From positions 2,100,001-2,132,000 of the forward strand of contig NC_002937.3 in NCBI RefSeq assembly GCF_000195755.1: a stretch of 32,000 nt of DNA, in the 5' to 3' direction. A model generated the notes under the pieces. It was not told the DNA's origin. It searched no databases and worked only from the letters and a program-made list of their open reading frames with translations. Made by a program: the position numbers and the translations under genes. This document shows positions 1-9,300 of this stretch, piece after piece; position 1 is the first letter of the stretch; every line of letters begins with the position of its first letter. The stretch comes from Nitratidesulfovibrio vulgaris str. Hildenborough. GTDB taxonomy: Bacteria; Desulfobacterota; Desulfovibrionia; Desulfovibrionales; Desulfovibrionaceae.

Positions 1-758
1 CCCGAGAGGGTCTCGAAGCCGCCCTCGAACTGACGGCTATCCTTCCAGCGCTTGAGAAACACCAGGGCGTCGCCGGTCAGTTTCACCTGGCCGTCGGTGC
101 CCATGGCGTAGCAGGACTTGAACAGCTCGATGGCGAAGTCGCGGATGCCCGGTTCCTCAGACTTGTAGCCATAGCAGCGGGTCATCTGTTCCCAGAGGAA
201 ACCGTCCAGGCTGCACCGGCCAACCAGCTTGATCTTCTCGTCGCGACCGTCGGCCAGCTCCTGCAGCAGGTTTTCCACCACCGCATCCATGCGCGGCTCG
301 CTGCCGGTGCATACCGCCAGCATCTTCAGGCGAATCTGCCCGGCGGTGTCGTCGGCTTTCAGCAGCTTCTTGAGGGCGTCCTTGCGTTTGATCGCTTGAA
401 AGAACTCCGCATGGGCCTGCACCACATCCGTGAACTCCAGGCCGAGCTCCAGTTCGGACAGCCAGATGGCCACCTGATCGGTGCGGAACTCGCCGTGGGC
501 CAGTTGCACATCCAGCAGCCAGTTATCCAGATCGGCGGGCTGAGGGCCTTCTCGGTAGAGCAGGAATTTCTGTTCCGGTTGCTCGCGCAGCAGCTTGTAC
601 TTGATGCCGTACTCGTTGTTGGTCAGTTCCAGCTTTTCGACACCGGGTAGATGAAGTGCCTCGAAATCGTCGCGCAACTCCAGCTTGGCGTCGTACCAGA
701 AGACGATCCGGTGCCGGTCGAAGAGTTTGGTCAGGGCCTGGGCAATGCGGTCGTTCAT
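1..758 (-). CDS. pglZ: PglZ (BREX alkaline-phosphatase-superfamily protein), N-terminal 252 codons; gene continues beyond the left window edge
   Basis: Absent from the ORF track because it is truncated. Hand translation of the minus strand from ATG 758..756 gives MNDRIAQALTKLFDRHRIVFWYDAKLELRDDFEALHLPGVEKLELTNNEYGIKYKLLREQPEQKFLLYREGPQPADLDNWLLDVQLAHGEFRTDQ... I checked every in-frame triplet back to nt 3 and found no stop. The N-terminal pattern and the position after pglX match PglZ as I recall it. The ATG overlaps the stop of the upstream gene (ATGA, 755..758). Confidence 0.8.
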   Translation of the reverse strand, partial: MNDRIAQALTKLFDRHRIVFWYDAKLELRDDFEALHLPGVEKLELTNNEYGIKYKLLREQPEQKFLLYREGPQPADLDNWLLDVQLAHGEFRTDQVAIWLSELELGLEFTDVVQAHAEFFQAIKRKDALKKLLKADDTAGQIRLKMLAVCTGSEPRMDAVVENLLQELADGRDEKIKLVGRCSLDGFLWEQMTRCYGYKSEEPGIRDFAIELFKSCYAMGTDGQVKLTGDALVFLKRWKDSRQFEGGFETLS

Positions 759-1222
759 GAAAGATTCCTTGAACCGCGAAAGGCGCTAAAATCGCGAAAA
801 TTAGAGTTAGCAATGCGAACGATTTCAACTTTTGGATATGCGCCGAAGTTGACCAGCAGGCCGAGTTCAAGACCCGTCGCCTTGAGGTAGTTCAAAAGCT
901 GGGCTTTATGCTCTGAAGCAATCTCTTTAACCGATTTCAACTCAACAATAATATTGCCGTAGCAGATAAAGTCGGGCTTGTAGGTTTGAGATAGGGGCTG
1001 GCTTTTGTATGACAGAAGAAGCTCCTTCTGGGCCTCAAACGGCAACTCCCGTGATCTGAACTCCTTTTCCAGACACTCCTGATAGACAGCTTCAAGGAAC
1101 CCGCAGCCCATTTCTCGATATACCTCAAAGATCGCTCCCTGAATGGCATAGCATTCATCTTTGAAGAGAAGTTCTTCTTTAGCGCCTTTCGCGCTTTTTG
1201 CGGTTAAATCTTCGTGGTTCAT
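755..1222 (-). CDS. GxxExxY family protein (PD-(D/E)xK fold), inserted between pglX and pglZ
   Basis: 155-aa ORF. The core AIQGAIFEVYREMGCGFLEAVYQECLEKEF...KPDFICYGNIIVELKSVKEI..HKAQLLNYLKATGLELGLLVNFG carries the G-x-x-E-x-x-Y signature (GFLEAVY) plus a D...ELK nuclease-fold motif. Its ATG shares one nt with the pglX stop (TGATG at 1220..1224). Its stop overlaps the pglZ ATG. It is visibly AT-richer than both neighbours. Confidence 0.85.
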   Translation of the reverse strand: MNHEDLTAKSAKGAKEELLFKDECYAIQGAIFEVYREMGCGFLEAVYQECLEKEFRSRELPFEAQKELLLSYKSQPLSQTYKPDFICYGNIIVELKSVKEIASEHKAQLLNYLKATGLELGLLVNFGAYPKVEIVRIANSNFRDFSAFRGSRNLS

Positions 1223-4200
1223 CAGTCTTCCTTGGCATCGAGTCCGGGTATTTTCTTTAATGCAGATCCGAGTTTGGGGTAGTTGACCTTCACGCCGTCG
1301 TCGAGGTCGATCTCCACCTGCTCGGTGGCCAGCGGGTAAAGCACCTCGCGCTCGTACTCCTCCATCTCGGCGATCATCTTGGTGATCTTCTCGATCTCCT
1401 TCAGGGCCTTGGTCTTCTCGCCCTGGCTGCTGCTGGCACTGATGCTGACCGCCTCCAGATGGTTCTTGTGCGAGGTGAGCTTGGTGCGGAACTCGCGCAG
1501 GTAGTCGTTGAGCACCACGCTGGCTGTATCCGGGCGGTAGCGGTGCATGTAGATCAGCGCGTTGAAGCTGCCCTTGGGGCTGGAGAACAGCCAGTAGATG
1601 GGGCGCTTTTTGTAGCGTTTCACATGATCGGTGTAAAACTCGCCAAGGAAGTAGTCGCGGATGCTGTAATTGCGCTTGCCCTTGATGTTCAGTGCCTGCT
1701 CGACGAACCGGAGGTTGGCCTCGTAGTGCTCCTCGCCAAAGGCCACACGCAGGAACTTGCGGAAGCGCTCGGCGATGTCGTCGGTGAACCAGTCGCCGTC
1801 CAGCATGGGGATGACGTTGTCGTCATCGGCTGGGAAGCTGGGCTCCGGAACCCGCTTTAGGTAGTCCTCGATGGTCTCGCCCTGGTTGGCCAGGATCAGA
1901 CCCGGCTTATCCAGCGCATAACGTCCAAACATGCAGCCCACGGCATAGGAAACCAGCTCCCGCATGGTGTCGGCCAGCAACAGAGCCTCCAGTTCATCCT
2001 CGCTCTTGTCATTGCCGTAGCGGTAGTGCGGGTTGCAGGTCAGGGTTATCTCGTTGAGCGGTACTTCGGGCTTTAGTTCATCCTGCAGGCCGTAGGCGTC
2101 GATGAAGGTGCGGTTGTTCTCTTCCTCCAACCGCTGCATCTCAAGTGTCATCTCTCGCCAGTGGGCGCGGAGCTTTTGGTAGGTAGTCTTTAGAGTTGGC
2201 TGGCGGTAGTCGGGATTTAGCACTGGAAGGCTGGTGAAGTCCCAAGAAGTTTCATAGGAATCCCAGTCATTTTTTGATAACGAAACTAACGTTGATGCGT
2301 TATTTGAAGCGCTTGGGTCTACTTCGAGAACAGGAATCTTCGCAACATCGCCCACCTGAAAATGGAATGATGCATTGATAAGCGATAGAAGATAGTCAAA
2401 AAGCCGTGTATTGCTGTAGGCAAGCAATACCATTTGCTTGTTTCTCGGTGGATAGAAACAGTGACCAGAAATATCGTGAAATGTGTCGTCAGGCGCATAT
2501 CTGGCGTTAAATGGTCCAGACGTAAGATCCGTCCATGTGCATTTTGCCTCTTTAAGCTTTGTCTCTGGCAGAACTGTAGCGTTTGGCTGCTGCTTTATAA
2601 ACTGAGGGTTCTTGTTATACCTCAAGAGGTAGTCAAGATTGCCATACCACCTCCTAAAGGCTCCCCCTTTAAGATATTTGATCCATTTTGGAGGCATCTC
2701 TTCATCTTTGAATTCATGAAATGAGACCTCGGGCCAGAGTCGCAAATACTTGTCGTTGTTTGACGTTTGCATACCGACTTTTGGAAAACCAACGTCGCCA
2801 AATGGAGTTCCTTGCGCAAAAGCGTTCCTAACTTTTTCACTGATCCAATATGCAATTGGGCGGCCAGGTATTGTGTCAAAATCGTCCGACGAAGCTAAGT
2901 AAGGTCGGCCCTTTAATTCTTTTAGCTGATTTGACTTTTCTTGCTCATCCTCTCCATCAACGAGCCGAAGATATGTTCCTTTATATTCTCTATCAGCAAT
3001 ATTCTTACAGATGAAAGCCGTTGTAGAAACCACTTCGCCACCGATTGAATCAAAGGCACGAGCGCCAAGATGCGCCATGCTCACTATGGAGCTGTTGGAT
3101 AAAATATTCGACCTTAAATTCTCGAATGTAGAAAGAAACATCCACGACTGCATTGTGATCATAGCGACGTATGCGGAATCTTTAGCTAAGTCCACATTGC
3201 GTTCGATAAACATTGCAAACAGGTCAGTCTTGCTTCTTTGGTAGCTGTCTTTTGCTAATACCTGCAAACGACCATTCATGCTGCGCTTGCCCATATACGG
3301 CGGATTGGCAATCACCACATGGTATTTCGGGCTCAGGTAATCGGCCTGTCGCAGGGCTTGCAGCACCTTCTGATGGGTCATGCTGATAAACAGCTGCCCG
3401 GAGACGTTCTTTGACTCCAGAATTCTGAGCATGCCGTCCACGTCGGTGACATCCGGGCGGATCAGGGAGCCGAAGTTGTCGGCCTCTTCGAACTGGCGCA
3501 GGGTGGTCTGGAGCGGCGCGGTGAACAGGTCGCGACCGACAAAATCCATGTAGTCCTTCAACTCATTGCCGTCGAAGTGGACGTTCTCCAGCACGCAGAT
3601 GTTCGGCTTGACACCCTTGTTGAAGAATCGGCGCTGCTTTGAGCGGGCCTTCATGGTCAGGGCAAAGGCAGCCAGTTCCCCGGCGCGTTCGTCGATCTCG
3701 ATGCCGTAGAGGTTATTCGTGAGGATCTTCTCCGGAATCTCGGCGGGCTCGTAGCCTTCCTCCTCGTAGATGGCGTAGAGGAGGTCGAAGGCATAGGTGA
3801 GCATGTGGCCGGAGCCGCAGGCCGGGTCGCAGATCTTGATCTCCTCCGGCTTGGCGATGCGCAGGAAGTCGGTTTCCGCCTGTTCGGGCTTGATGTAGTA
3901 GTCCATCTGCTCAACCAGCTTCGAGCCGGGACGATTGAGCAGCCACAGACGGCCGAGGGAGTTTTCCACCAGGTAGCGGACGATCCAGTGTGGGGTGAAG
4001 AGCTGGGTGGCGGCCGGGATGTTCTCGGGCGTGATCTTCTTGTTCTTCTTCAGGCCGTCGAACACCTCGTCCTTCTTCTCGGAGATGTAGAACTGGTAGA
4101 GCCAGCCGATCACCTCGACATCCTCGCAGGCATCCGGCGTCATCGCCTCGCGGGTGTAGGCGAGTATGGAGTTGCCCGAGAGTAGGTCGTCGGGCATCAG

Positions 4201-4698
4201 CAGTTCGGTGTAGTCATCGATGCGCTGGAACAGGAACGGCATGGCCTTGTTCCAGAAGTTGCAGGCGGCCACGACCAGCAGCCGGTAGGCCTCGCCCTGC
4301 GGGTCGCGGCTGGGGGCTTTGCCATCGAGCAGGGCAAATATCTGCTGCCGGACCTTGCCTGACACCATTTCTTCGTCGATGTGGCCCATCTTGGCCTCGG
4401 CCAAAATCTCGGGCTGGAACTGTCCCTCGGCGGGCGACACCACGCCGATGCGGGTGTAGCGGTTCACATCCATGAAACGCAGGGCGCAAAAGCGGTTGAA
4501 CCAAATGTAAGCTACCCGGTCAATAACCTGTTCCTTGCCGCGCCCCTTGATCGCCTCCTCAAGCTTCTTAACGGCATCGGCACATTCACGCCGAGCCGCG
4601 CTGTTTTCAGCCAGCACCAGTTTTAGCTTGGCGGAGACCTGTTCCAGCAGGCTGCGGCGGGCGAACTGGGCGAATTTTTTTAGTTTTGCGGTTTCCAT
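1222..4698 (-). CDS. pglX: PglX, BREX N6-adenine DNA methyltransferase / specificity subunit
   Basis: 1158-aa ORF. The N-terminus METAKLKKFAQFARRSLLEQV...DRVAYIWFNRFCALRFMDVN is PglX-like. It has the AdoMet motif DPACGSGHML and the catalytic NPPY (VVIANPPYMG, nt 3295..3306). It sits in a brxABC...pglZ context. Confidence 0.9.
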   Translation of the reverse strand: METAKLKKFAQFARRSLLEQVSAKLKLVLAENSAARRECADAVKKLEEAIKGRGKEQVIDRVAYIWFNRFCALRFMDVNRYTRIGVVSPAEGQFQPEILAEAKMGHIDEEMVSGKVRQQIFALLDGKAPSRDPQGEAYRLLVVAACNFWNKAMPFLFQRIDDYTELLMPDDLLSGNSILAYTREAMTPDACEDVEVIGWLYQFYISEKKDEVFDGLKKNKKITPENIPAATQLFTPHWIVRYLVENSLGRLWLLNRPGSKLVEQMDYYIKPEQAETDFLRIAKPEEIKICDPACGSGHMLTYAFDLLYAIYEEEGYEPAEIPEKILTNNLYGIEIDERAGELAAFALTMKARSKQRRFFNKGVKPNICVLENVHFDGNELKDYMDFVGRDLFTAPLQTTLRQFEEADNFGSLIRPDVTDVDGMLRILESKNVSGQLFISMTHQKVLQALRQADYLSPKYHVVIANPPYMGKRSMNGRLQVLAKDSYQRSKTDLFAMFIERNVDLAKDSAYVAMITMQSWMFLSTFENLRSNILSNSSIVSMAHLGARAFDSIGGEVVSTTAFICKNIADREYKGTYLRLVDGEDEQEKSNQLKELKGRPYLASSDDFDTIPGRPIAYWISEKVRNAFAQGTPFGDVGFPKVGMQTSNNDKYLRLWPEVSFHEFKDEEMPPKWIKYLKGGAFRRWYGNLDYLLRYNKNPQFIKQQPNATVLPETKLKEAKCTWTDLTSGPFNARYAPDDTFHDISGHCFYPPRNKQMVLLAYSNTRLFDYLLSLINASFHFQVGDVAKIPVLEVDPSASNNASTLVSLSKNDWDSYETSWDFTSLPVLNPDYRQPTLKTTYQKLRAHWREMTLEMQRLEEENNRTFIDAYGLQDELKPEVPLNEITLTCNPHYRYGNDKSEDELEALLLADTMRELVSYAVGCMFGRYALDKPGLILANQGETIEDYLKRVPEPSFPADDDNVIPMLDGDWFTDDIAERFRKFLRVAFGEEHYEANLRFVEQALNIKGKRNYSIRDYFLGEFYTDHVKRYKKRPIYWLFSSPKGSFNALIYMHRYRPDTASVVLNDYLREFRTKLTSHKNHLEAVSISASSSQGEKTKALKEIEKITKMIAEMEEYEREVLYPLATEQVEIDLDDGVKVNYPKLGSALKKIPGLDAKED

Positions 4699-4702
4699 CT
4701 AT

Positions 4703-5242
4703 TTAGGCTCCTCCGGCTGCAGCAGCGGCCAGGCGGGTGACCGGCCACTTGGGGAAGTTTTCATTCCATTTGTCCAGGTTGACGACATGACAGCTTGTAG
4801 CCAGGGCCTGGACCCAGCGGCGTGATGCTCTGCCCACCGGCAGCTCCTGTTTCAGGGATTTCTGCATCCGGCTGTTCAAGGCGTTGTCAAAGGTGATCAG
4901 GCAGACGTAGTGAACCGGCTTATCCACCTTCTGCTCGGCATGCCGGTAGAGGTAGGAATCCCGGAACTTGTATTTCAGGTAGTTCTTCAACCACTTGAAG
5001 CTGGCTTGCCGCGAGTTTGTCTCGTCTTCGGTGGACGCGCCAAGGACGTCATAAATCGACGGGTCGTCGTAGTCCTTCAGCTCCACGTAAACATAGGCCT
5101 CAGCGAACTCGGCGACGATGTCGACGCCTTTCATGGGCGCACCGTGGAATGTGGGTTTGGTGCTGTCCGTCTCGTCGAAGACGAATGCGTCCAGAGCATC
5201 CTCAAAACGGAATTCGAAACCGTCAGCCTCAACGATCTTCAT
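4703..5242 (-). CDS. Small PD-(D/E)xK (restriction-endonuclease-fold)-like protein, partner of the upstream ABC ATPase; function unknown
   Basis: 179-aa ORF. ATG 5242..5240 overlaps the stop of the ATPase gene (ATGA). Stop TAA 4705..4703 lies 4 nt before the pglX ATG. Residues 39-57, GVDIVAEFAEAYVYVELKD, give D41-x12-E54-x-K56 on two predicted beta strands, the classical PD-(D/E)xK signature. I saw no HNH, TOPRIM or GIY-YIG motif. The assignment is motif-level only. Confidence 0.7.
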   Translation of the reverse strand: MKIVEADGFEFRFEDALDAFVFDETDSTKPTFHGAPMKGVDIVAEFAEAYVYVELKDYDDPSIYDVLGASTEDETNSRQASFKWLKNYLKYKFRDSYLYRHAEQKVDKPVHYVCLITFDNALNSRMQKSLKQELPVGRASRRWVQALATSCHVVNLDKWNENFPKWPVTRLAAAAAGGA

Positions 5243-6303
5243 TTACCGAGGCCCCCCATGTCGTTTTCGATCTCCTGGTTGATGAGAAAGCCAAAGGCCT
5301 CGTCAATCGGGTTCGGCGTGATTTTCAGGTAGTCCTCGGTGGAGGCGACTTTGATCTCGGAGGTGTCCGCATCACGGTACAGGCTGTGGAAACGCACGTG
5401 GTCATCCTTGCCCTTGTCCATGAGCAGATCGAACCACTTGAGCAGCACATAATCGTGGGTCGCCAGAATGATCTGCTGGCCGTTGCGTGACAGCTCCAGC
5501 AGGATCTGCACGAGCAGCTTCATCAGCTTAGGGTTCAGATTGGATTCAGGCTCGTCCCAGAACAGCGGGCCACTGACACCGGGCTGGATCGCGCCGGTCT
5601 CCAGCAGGCGGGAGAGTATCCCCGCCTTGCGGAAGCCTTCGGCCATGGAGTTGGCGGAGTATTCGGCATTCTCGGTTTTGAAGGTGACCTTGCCGCCACC
5701 ATAGAAAACGAAACGGCCGCCGCAGATGCCTTCGATCTCGGCCATGGCCCATTTGGATTTTTCGTGCAGGGTCTCCGGACGGACTTCCGGGAGATCCAGC
5801 AGCAGACAGATATCCTGATAGGTCTGGTCAAAGGAGAGCCCGTATTTCTCGTACAGGCTGTTGAACCCCTTCATGAACGAGAGGACTTCCTTGGTCGGGA
5901 TGAATACCGCCTCGGCCTGGTACTTCTCGTAGTTGGCGCGATCCTGAACGGCCAGCGCCTTGGAGTTGTTGAAGAAGGTCGCGGCGATCTTCTGCCCCCC
6001 AGCGAACTTCGCCGACAGATAGGCCTGGTCGGTCGCGCCCTGGCGATGCATCTTGCCGAGCTTGTCGTCCAGCGGCATGAAGAGGCGCAGCAGCTTGGCG
6101 GTCAAAGCGGCTTCGAGCTCATCGTCGCCGGTATCGGGCTTGTTCTTAAACAGGGGCGCACCGGCGCACAGCCCATAGGCCGCCTTGAGCAGATGGGTTT
6201 TGCCGGTACCATTCTCGCCAATGATCACGTTGATTTTTGGCGAGAGCTCCAGTGTCAGGCCGGTGAATACCGTGAGGTTTCTCAGTTCAAGACGCTCGAT
6301 CAT
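5239..6303 (-). CDS. SMC/RecF-head-like ABC ATPase (AAA15/AAA21-type), embedded in the BREX operon
   Basis: 354-aa ORF with Walker A GENGTGKT (res 29-36, nt 6196..6219), signature-like SMAEGFRKAG, Walker B/D-loop PLFWDEPESNLNP and H-loop ILATHD. The N-terminus MIERLELRNLTVF...INVIIGENGTGKTHLLKA is RecF/SMC-like. The ATG overlaps the brxC stop (ATGA 6300..6303). Confidence 0.85.
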   Translation of the reverse strand: MIERLELRNLTVFTGLTLELSPKINVIIGENGTGKTHLLKAAYGLCAGAPLFKNKPDTGDDELEAALTAKLLRLFMPLDDKLGKMHRQGATDQAYLSAKFAGGQKIAATFFNNSKALAVQDRANYEKYQAEAVFIPTKEVLSFMKGFNSLYEKYGLSFDQTYQDICLLLDLPEVRPETLHEKSKWAMAEIEGICGGRFVFYGGGKVTFKTENAEYSANSMAEGFRKAGILSRLLETGAIQPGVSGPLFWDEPESNLNPKLMKLLVQILLELSRNGQQIILATHDYVLLKWFDLLMDKGKDDHVRFHSLYRDADTSEIKVASTEDYLKITPNPIDEAFGFLINQEIENDMGGLGK

Positions 6304-9300
6304 ATTTGAATCCTTTTTCCTTTGCGGATTTCATCCAGCAGCGCCTCGCGCATGGATTCCAGGTAGCGTTCCACGTCGGTCTCGTCGGCCAGCCAGGCCT
6401 TGTCGAAAGAGACCTTCACCGAGCGGCTGGGCACGTACTCGATTCGCGGTTCCGGCTTGACGGGTGGCGTGGGGCTCAATCCTGCATCCGGCGTGGCGGT
6501 TTTACCGGGTTCCGGCGCAGGCTCTGGTGCCGGTGCCGGTTGCGCCCAGGAGGTCATCTGCGAAAGCAGCCGCTGGTAGTCGCTTTCCTCAAACCGGCGC
6601 AGGGTATCGCGGATGACGGCAATCAGTTTTTGGCGCTCTATACCTGAGTCGAATTCGTTGAACGGACGGGTGATCTGCTCCTGCTGCTCGCCGTTCAGTG
6701 CGCCGAACTCAGCCATGCCGCAGAGGCGGGCTTTGAGGGCGGCGACCGCTTCCTTGGCCTTGGCAATCTCGGCTTCGATCTGGGCAGCGACCTTCCCCTG
6801 CAAGGTTTCGACTTGCGTCTTCACCTGCTGCATGCAGTTGCCCTTGAAGCATTCCGGATCGGTCAAACAAGCGACCACCTGTGCGGCTTCGTCGCCTTCG
6901 AGGTAGGCGAAGTTGGGCTCCTGGGTTTGAACGAACTTGCGGGCGTTATCGAAAATGTCTTTCTGCGGGCCGTTCATGAACTTGCGGACAGGATCGATGA
7001 CGCTTTCCTTCATAGTCAGCAGCGCGTCTTCCTGGCGGGTGAGTTCGGTCAGGTACCAGGTGTAGGGCTTACCGCTCAGCGCCTTGAGCTTCTCAATCAC
7101 CGGAGTCAGCGTATTCAGGAATGGATACTGGGATGCTTGGGCAGCAAGCGGGCTGAGCTGATGCATGAGATCCTGGAGCGCGGTGCCGGTCTCCTTGCCG
7201 AGCGCCTTCGCTTCACTGGCGCGGGGCGGGGCATCGAAGAAGTCCTCAAAGAATTCCTTGAGGGCGCGGACCTGCGATGCGGTAAATTCGACCTGGGGCT
7301 CCAGCACCACATTGCCGTGGCCATGGGTGTTGCGCAGCACCCGTTCCAACTCGTCCTCTTCCAGCAGATTGCCGTCGGCGCGAACCTCGACCTTGCCGCG
7401 AGCGCACAGGTTGGCCAGAGTGCAAAGCACGGCGGCGTAGTACCAGCCGTAGGGTTTGCGCTCGAATTTCTCCAGCAGGTTTTTCAGCGTGCTACGCACG
7501 CCCCCCCGGTTATTACTCTGAATGAACGCCAACAGCTCTTGCTCGGACTCGGCCAGGTGGGTGACGTCGTTACCGAATAGCCCATGCTGCGAGTGCTTGA
7601 GGCATTTGGCGATGTCGTTCTCGGTATAGGTGATGCCACGCAACATGCGAAGGTTCGGATAGGCGCGGGAGATGAGCTCATGAAATCCGCGCAACACCCG
7701 AGTCTGCGCATCCTCGGAACCGATTTCGATGTCGGCACCTGCCACGAACAACTTGGCCTTGCCCATCAGGCTGTGAACGCGCTGCAGCAACTCGGCATAG
7801 CGTTGCCGGTTCTGGAAGCCCTTGTCGGTCAGGATGCGTTTCACCGCCTCCTGCTGGGTGATCGAGATATTCTGACGGATGTATTTCTCCGTCCGCTTGT
7901 ACATGAGGATGTCGCGGACGAGGCGTTCGTCCGCAGGCAGCAGGACCAGCAGTTCGTCTCGGCCCGTGTTCTGCAACTGCAGGATGGACTCGCTTTCGGC
8001 ATTTTCATGGAACGGGCTGATGACATGGATGGCCAGCTCGTACTCGCGCCCGTGCAGTCGATCATCAAGTTTTCTGGAGAACGGGTAGTCCTGACCATTT
8101 TCGTCGTAGCGGATCTTCCGATGCTTGATGACGTGGTCGAAAACGATCTTCTCAAGCTCGGCGGCAACGTCTGACGACTCCACCTCGGTGTTCTTGATTT
8201 CCTGTTCGACGTCTTTTTCCTCGTCGGTCAGGTACTCGTAGAGATCGCCATTGCGCTGCACGTAGGTCTGCTGTTCCAAGAGGCTGAGAGCTTCCTCGAC
8301 TCGCTTCCTCAGCGCGGGCAGATCCTGATTGAAACCGTCGAGCATCAGGACGCAAAGGTTGCGAACGGTTGGCTTGAACTCCTTGACGTACTTGACCAGG
8401 AAAAGTGTTTTCAACAGCCGAATCGCAAAGGGACCATCCAGATGGTTTTCTGCCTGGATGATGGCCCGCTGGATATTGGATTTCAGCGCGCTGCGGATGC
8501 CTTCGAACATCAGGTCGAAGGTCGCCAACTGACCGATTTCATGCCCCCCGATCTGAATCGCAACCTGCTGGAACACCCCAAGCATGGAACGTTCGCCCAC
8601 CGAGCTGTGCTTGCCCTCAAAGGCGTTGTGCTGTGACAGATTCTGAATAGCCGACTGGAACAGCGCGAACTGGTACGGAATGAACGGATAGCTGTGAATG
8701 AAGTGGTCCCGATCCTGATAGTTCCGGTAGGTTTGCGAGCCGTCGGCAAAGTCGAACAGAGTCTTAAAATTGTTGGACTGCGCGTAATAAATATCCGAAA
8801 GCAGACGAACGCCTTCTTCGGTTTTCATCAGCAGACGCTTCTGGATGACCTCCGCCACGTCGGCGCTGGTCAGCTTCATGCGGTTGGCGAACCGCGCTTG
8901 GATCTTCGAGAAGTCGTTGCCTTGCTGTTTGCCCATCTCGCCGACAACCGTTCCCATGTCCTCCTGGGCGGTCACGATGACCCATGCGCGGCCTCGGCAT
9001 TTGGTGGCCATGCTCTCGGCGATGGTCTGGAGGTTGGTCATCAGCTTGATGTTTTCAGCGATGTACTGACCGACCTCATCAACAAAGAAGTTCAGACGGA
9101 AATCAGGTGATTGCCGCTCGATATACGCATGTACCTGCTCGGCAAAATCTTCGATGGAGACACGGTACTGGCTGCGATATTTATCGAGTATCCCCATGGC
9201 CGATGCTTCGTCACCACCGGTTGCATGGGCATAGGCTTTAGCAATGCTTTTCCCTTCCAGCAGAGCTTGCTCGCGGCCCTTTTGCCATGTTCTCCCCGCA

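Noticed and set aside
4675-4681. Homopolymer tracts as phase-variation switches: A7 (gene sense) in pglX codons 6-8, and a G7 tract (gene sense; C7 on the plus strand) in brxC at 7501..7507
   Set aside because: Seven-nt runs are short for efficient slipped-strand switching, and both genes are currently in frame. They are worth a glance in population sequencing data, but there is no evidence here.
4703-5242. Reading the 179-aa BREX-embedded protein as a known ATPase partner (TOPRIM/DUF4435-like AriB, DUF4276/RloB-like, or HNH PtuB-like)
   Set aside because: I looked for the N-terminal acidic TOPRIM glutamate plus DxD and for H-N-H/Cys-pair motifs and found none. Only the D-x12-ExK pattern is present. 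This rests on motif inspection alone and needs profile searches.
6813-8174. Long plus-strand ORFs (255 aa and 196 aa), and several shorter ones, antisense to brxC. Similar antisense ORFs occur in pglX (3805..4185) and the ATPase gene (5764..6309).
   Set aside because: They lie entirely inside strongly supported minus-strand genes. Their Arg/Ala/Gly/Leu-rich composition is typical of shadow frames in GC-rich DNA. They have no SD and no motifs.
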